Source: Octopus vulgaris (taxonomy: Eukaryota). Taken from it: a DNA stretch of 64,000 bases. Below, one piece after another: positions 58,421 to 64,000 of the stretch (position 1 is the stretch's first letter; each line of letters starts with the position of its first letter). Both the position numbers and the translations under genes were made by a program. The stretch is taken from positions 38,192,001 to 38,256,000 of the forward strand of contig OX597837.1 of assembly GCA_951406725.2 (NCBI GenBank). The letters are read 5' to 3'. The notes beneath the pieces were generated by a model, which made no database searches, had not been told where the DNA came from, and saw only the letters and a list, made by a program, of their open reading frames with translations.

Positions 58421-58788
58421 GAGCGAACGGTCTTCATCCCAGAGCTCGCAAGATGGGAGAAGTCCGAAACGTGGTCCTTTGCTATTCGTAAGACCCGCAG
58501 AAGAGAAAGCAGGTCAACCCCCCGACACCGAGAGCATCGACGGTTGGATGAATGCGCATCCAGGCCCAGCGGCTGCGTAGGATGTCGAGGACAAGAAACA
58601 GGAAGAAAGAGTGAGAGAAAGTTGGGGCGAAAGGGTACAACAGGGGTCGCCACCACCCTCTGCCGGAGCCTCGTGGAGCTTTAGGTGTTTTCGTTCAATA
58701 AACCCACACAACAACCGGACTGGGAATCGAAACTGCGATCCTCCGACCGCGAGTCCGCTGCCCTAACCACTGGGCCATTGCGCATCCA
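58421..58788 (-). mobile_element. SINE family F: same head and body as family E with a different tail, ending in (CAA/CAG)n
   Basis: Minus strand: gcgcaatggcccagtggttagggcagcggactcgcggtcggaggatcgcagtttcgattccc...caactttctctcactc, then an unrelated tail. Confidence 0.88.
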
Positions 58789-59687
58789 CTTGCTGTTGGT
58801 GTTGTTGGTGGTGGTGGTTTGATGATGGTGGTGGAGGTGGGGCTGTTGATAGAAAGTGCATTGGTTGTAGTTATGTGTGGTAGAAGCTTACGTTCTTGTT
58901 GCTGCAGCTGTTGTTGCTGCTGATGGTGGTGGTGGTGGTGGTGGTGGTGGTGGTGGTGGTGGTAGTAGTGGTGGTGGATTATTGGCAGTGGTAAGAGCAG
59001 CAATTTACTGAGCGATGTTTGGGAGGTGTGATGGAGGTGGTGGTGGTGGAAGTGGTGATGATGATGCTGCTCACGATGGTGGGGGCGTGATAGTGGTGGT
59101 GTTGGTGTTGGTGGTGGGGTTGGGAGTCATGTAGATGATGACGATGCTGATCACGATGGTGGTGGTGGTGGTGCTGGTGATGGAGATGACGATGATGATG
59201 GTGATCATAATGGTGGTGGTAGTGGTTGTGGTGGGTGTTGTTGGAGTTGGTTGTGGGGATTGGGGGTGATGGAGATGACGATGATGATAGTCATCACGAG
59301 GGTGATGGTAGTGGTGGTGGCTGTGGTAGTGGTGGCGGCAGCAGTGGCGGTGGTAGTGATGCCGATATGACGGTGGTGGTGTTGGTGATGGAGATGGCGA
59401 TGGCAATGAAGATGACAGTGATGATGGTGATGGTGATGGTGATGGTGGTGCTGATGGAAAAGTGATGACGGTGGTGGTGATGGTGATGGTCGTAGTGCTG
59501 CTGGTTGTGATGGAGTTGATGCTGATGCTGACGCTGACAATGTTAGTAATGGTGGTGGCGGGGTGGGTGGGAGGAAGAAAGAGTATTGTATTTTATATTG
59601 GATGGTTTTGGCATCGGTGGCATCGTTGTTGTTGTTCTTCTTCTTGGTGGTGGTGGTGGTATTGCAGGTGGGGTGGGGGTGCTGGTT

Positions 59688-59743
59688 GCGGTGGTGACGT
59701 GAGGAGGTGGTGGTTACGTCAGCGTAAGTGACGTCACCACCGC
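59688..59743. promoter_or_regulatory. Triple CRE/ATF-like cluster within a 13-bp perfect inverted repeat
   Basis: TGACGTGA 59695-702, TTACGTCA 59714-721, GTGACGTCAC 59728-737; gcggtggtgacgt / acgtcaccaccgc. Confidence 0.45.
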
Positions 59744-60421
59744 TGGCTGCCAAAAGAGTGTTTGTAACAAGAAGTCAAACTTGAGGGAAAGAAAAGAAAG
59801 ATGAGTCGAGCAATCTCAGATTATGTGTGTGTGTGTGTGTATGTGTGCGTGTGTATGTGTGTGTGTGCGTGTGTGTGCATATGTCTGTATGTCTGTGTGT
59901 GCGTGCGTCTCTGTGTGTGTGCGTGTATTATATATATATATGTGTGTGTGTATGTATGTGTGTATATATATATATATGCACGTGTGTGTGTATGTGTGTA
60001 TGTATGTGTGTATATATATATGCACGTGTGTGTGTGTGTGTATGTTTGTGTGTATATATATGCACGTGTGTGTGTATGTGTGTATGTTTGTGTGTATATA
60101 TATGCACGTGTGTGTGTATATGTATATGCGTGTATATATATGCAGTGTATATAGATATGTATATGTGTATGTGTGTGTATATATATATGTATGCATGTAT
60201 GTATGTATATGTACATCACGTACATGCGTATGTATGCACGTGTGTATGTATGTGTGTATAAATCATTGTAAATATGGTGTGTGCGTGTGTATGTGTACGA
60301 GAGAGAGATGAGAGAATGTGTGTGTGTATGTGAACCAGTGTATGTATATATATATATGTATATATGTATCACTCTATGTAAATAGGACGTATGTGTGTGT
60401 GAGAGAGACAGATGATGTGTA

Positions 60422-60457
<36 letters not shown>

Positions 60458-60951
60458 TGTGTGGTGGGAGTTTGTGTGTGTGTAGGAGTGTGGGGGGATG
60501 TGTACAGGTTGTGAATGTATTCTGACTAGGTACACTCGACCTCAGATTTCAACTCCCCACATCGCGCCACCCCACAACAGACATACCCCTCTCCGCTCAA
60601 CCCACACCATTAACACACACACACACACACACGCATACATACATACTGTTAAATATATACACACACACACATATAGATAAATTGATGCGTTCACACACAC
60701 ACACACACACTCACACAGGCACATGGCGCGCGCGCATTTTTTGCCTCTCTATAGTTGGCCCCACTCTCTCTCACTGCCCCACCCCACTCTTGCCATGAAA
60801 AAGTAAAATAAAACCACTTCATTACTACCCCCACCCCCACCCCCACCTCCACCATCATTAATACAACCGACAGCACCGTACAATATCCCATCTCCGCCAC
60901 CACCAACTCTACCGTCGGCACTACTAATACTAATAGTACAATGCAATAACT

Positions 60952-60969
60952 GTCATCATCATCATCATC

Positions 60970-61003
<34 letters not shown>

Positions 61004-61158
61004 ACAACATCATCATCACCTTTGTCATCGTCGTCGTCGTCATCATCATCAACATCATTAGCATCCTCCTTCTCATCATCATCACCGTCATCATCATCAT
61101 CATCATCGTCATCACCATCATCATCATCACCACTGTCATCATCATCATCATCATCATC

Positions 61159-61192
<34 letters not shown>

Positions 61193-61470
61193 TCCACATC
61201 ATTACCATCCTCCTCATCATCATCAACATCATCTTCATCGTCGTCATAATCGTCATCCTCATCATCATCATCGTCATCACCATCATCATCGTCGTCTTCG
61301 TCGTTGCCATTATCATCATCACCATCATCACCACTACCATCATCATCATCATCATCACCATCATCACCATTACCATCATCACCATCATCATCATCATCGT
61401 TGTCGTCGTCGTCGTCATCATCAGCATCATCGCAGTCATGATCTCTACCATCATCGTCACCGCCGCCACC
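60952..61470. repeat. Degenerate (CAT)n array
   Basis: Direct reading. Confidence 0.93.
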
Positions 61471-61901
61471 ACTCCCTCCGCCACCCTTCTCCTCCACACT
61501 CACCTCAACCTCTCTACACCCCCACCTACACTCCACTCACTTCAACATCCTCCCACTTATCACATGACATCCCTCCACCACCACCACCACCACCACCACC
61601 ACCACCACCACCACCACCCCATTCCCACCCCCTCTCTCCGCGTCTTGTACTCTTCTTACTCATGGCAACGGTTTAACAAACACTCGACCTGCATCACCTC
61701 CGCCTCCCTCCCTCCCCATCACCCCACTCTCTTCTGCACAACCACTACTCACCCAGCCACCCACCCGCCCGCCCACCCACCAACCTTCCAAACACTTCTT
61801 CTTTCTGCCTACCTGATTGCCTGTCTGTCTGTCTGTCTGTCTGTCTGTCTTTTACTGCCCTCGCAGTACGAAACCTCATATCATGTCACTCGAAACCCGT
61901 C

Positions 61902-62640
61902 TATGTATGTATGTATGTACGTACGTATGTACGTACGCATGTACGTATGTATGTAGTTATGTATGTATGTATGTATGTATGTATGTATGTATGTATGTAT
62001 GTATGCATGTATGTATGTATGTATGTACGTATGTATGTATGTAGTTATGTATGTATGTATGTACGTACGTATGTATGTATGTATGTATGTATGCATGTAT
62101 GTGTGTGTATGTATGTATGTATGTATGCATGTATGGATGTATGTATGTAGTTATGTATGTATGTACGTATGTATGTATGTATGTATGTATGTATGTATGT
62201 ATGCATGTATGGATGTATGTATGTAGTTATGTATGTATGTATGTATGCATGTATGGATGTATGTATGTAGTTATGTATGCATGTATGTATGTATGTATGT
62301 ACGTATGTATGTATGTAGTTATGTATGTATGTATGTACGTACGTATGTATGTATGTATGTATGTATGCATGTATGTGTGTGTATGTATGTATGTATGTAT
62401 GCATGTATGGATGTATGTATGTAGTTATGTATGTATGTATGTATGTATGTAAGTATGTACGTATGTATGTATGTATGTATGTATGTATGTGTGTATGTAT
62501 GTACGTACGTAAGTATGTATGTATGTATGTATGTGTGTATGTATGTACGTACGTATGTATGTAAGTATGTATGTATGTATGTATGTATGTACGCATGTAT
62601 GTATGCATGTATGCATGTACGTATGTATGTATGTATACAT
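61902..62640. repeat. (TATG)n array with internal higher-order duplications
   Basis: Recurrent gtagttatg and gcatgtatggatg variants. Confidence 0.96.
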
Positions 62641-62663
62641 ATATGTATATGTATGTATATGTA

Positions 62664-62700
<37 letters not shown>

Positions 62701-62854
62701 TTATACATACATACATACACACAAGTAAGCACATAAAACCCTGAATCACAACTCCCCGTGGAACGTAAACGTGAAACTCCGAGTAACAGTTTTATGATGT
62801 TTTTTTACAGGTTTAATAAAAATGCAAAGATATAATCGCTGTCCCTGTTTATGT

Positions 62855-62961
62855 ATTACCTGAGGAGATACAACTGAATCCCAATATACAGGTGAACCGT
62901 TGCTTCAATATAAATCCTGTGTATATGTGGATCTGTGTTGTATCGAAACGTGTGTAGTGTT
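62855..62961 (+). ncRNA. Hammerhead ribozyme with long (~78-nt) stem II hairpin, upstream of (TA)n
   Basis: TAC-CTGAGGA-GATACAAC..atcc..atatacagg/cctgtgtat..ggat..GTTGTATC-GAAA-cgtgtg-TA-GTG. Confidence 0.78.
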
Positions 62962-63233
62962 TATTAGATAATTGTCTGAACGTACTCCTTGCTGTCGACC
63001 ATTTATTCAATTTATGCACATATATATATATCTTAAGATGTAGAATGGAGGCGATAAAATCCAGTCTGCATATATTTCATAATTAGCAGAACCTTGGAAG
63101 TAGTGATTATCCAAATGAGGTGTAATCCACTAATTACTCATCGGGCCATATAAATGCGAGAAGATATAAAGTAAAACAGCTTTGCTTTATTTTATTTTCT
63201 ATTCTTAGTTTACTTTATATCTTCTCGCGCGGG

Positions 63234-63313
<80 letters not shown>

Positions 63314-63325
63314 TAGATAGATTAA

Positions 63326-63558
63326 AGGCGGTGAGCTGGCAGAAACGTTCGGACGCCGGGCAAAAATGCTTAGCGGTATTTCGTCTGCCGCTACGTTCTG
63401 AGTTCAACTTCTGCCGAGGTCGACTTTGCCTTTCATCCTTTCGGGGTCGATAAAATAAGTACCAGTTACGCACTGGGGTCGATATAATCGACTTAAGCCG
63501 CTTGTCTGTCCTTGTTTGTCCCCTCTGTGTTCAACCCCTTGTGGGTAGTAAAGAAATA
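63326..63558 (+). mobile_element. Full-length SINE family B followed by (GATA)n
   Basis: aggcggtgagctggcagaaacgtt...gcctttcatcctttcggggtcgataaaataagtacc...ccccttgtgggtagtaaagaaa. Confidence 0.93.
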
Positions 63559-63575
63559 AGTTAGATAGATAGATT

Positions 63576-63650
<75 letters not shown>

Positions 63651-63684
63651 GCATGGGTGTATATATGTATATATTGATTTTATA

Positions 63685-63873
63685 TTTTGGCACAAGGCCA
63701 GCAAGTTCGGTGGAGGGGGTAAAGTCGATTACATCGAGCCCTTTGCTCAGCTGATACCTATTTTATCGACCCCGAAAGGATGAAAGTCAATATAAACCCA
63801 AACAACAGAGACGGGCGAAATGCCGCTAAGCATTCTGCCCGGCGTACTAACAAATCTGCCCAGCTCACCGTCT
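63685..63873 (-). mobile_element. SINE family B variant (alternative tail), degenerate
   Basis: ggcacaaggccagcaag...ttttatcgaccccgaaaggatgaaag...ctgcccagctcaccg. Confidence 0.8.
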
Positions 63874-64000
63874 TTATGTATTCATGTGTTACAAGGGTTT
63901 TCTCATGCAGTGTATCCAGATGTACAAGTTTTTACATTTGTTTTATTGATGTTTCCAGACCATCTGAGCCTCATCATCAGGTTGGGATTGTTTTAAATTC

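Noticed and set aside
59975-60125. Four CACGTG E-boxes in a ~42-bp repeat
   Set aside because: They arise at TA/TG microsatellite junctions duplicated by slippage
62870-62940. SECIS element within the long hammerhead stem II
   Set aside because: UGA/GA are present, but the register favours ordinary atcc/ggat pairing and there is no properly placed apical AAR; SECISearch would settle it
63945-63986. Minus-strand CTGATGA...caga/tctg-GAAA-ca-TC motif
   Set aside because: Stem I does not pair, and the element is cut by the window edge

Overview
This is eukaryotic, AT-rich, extremely microsatellite-dense DNA. I infer it is an Octopus (coleoid cephalopod) intergenic or intronic region, from the recognisable SINE families and the repeat landscape. 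No intact host protein-coding gene is supportable: almost all listed ORFs are translations of (TA)n, (CA)n, (CATA)n, (GATA)n, (CAT)n, (AAT)n or (GGT)n tracts. The non-simple sequence is mostly mobile DNA: (1) many copies of several tRNA-headed SINE families with shuffled modules, including nested insertions with intact 16-17 bp TSDs; (2) a cluster of 5'-truncated R4/Dong-like (RLE) non-LTR retrotransposons and a non-coding partner element, both tied to (AAT)n; (3) a second RLE family associated with (CATA)n; (4) Tx1/L1-like fragments; (5) a decayed Chapaev/CMC-like DNA transposon, a hAT-type MITE, and a pogo/Tigger-type MITE carrying a 19-bp minisatellite. The most striking signal is at least six minimal type I hammerhead-ribozyme motifs, several apparently intact, in short elements mostly embedded in or abutting (TA)n. 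These are consistent with Penelope-like pseudo-LTRs or retrozyme-like elements. Together the data suggest different retroelement groups partition different microsatellite motifs as insertion niches. A few unique islands carry dense transcription-factor motif clusters (CArG+Ets+CRE; triple CRE; paired YY1). All element boundaries were read by eye and are approximate unless a TSD or TIR is quoted.
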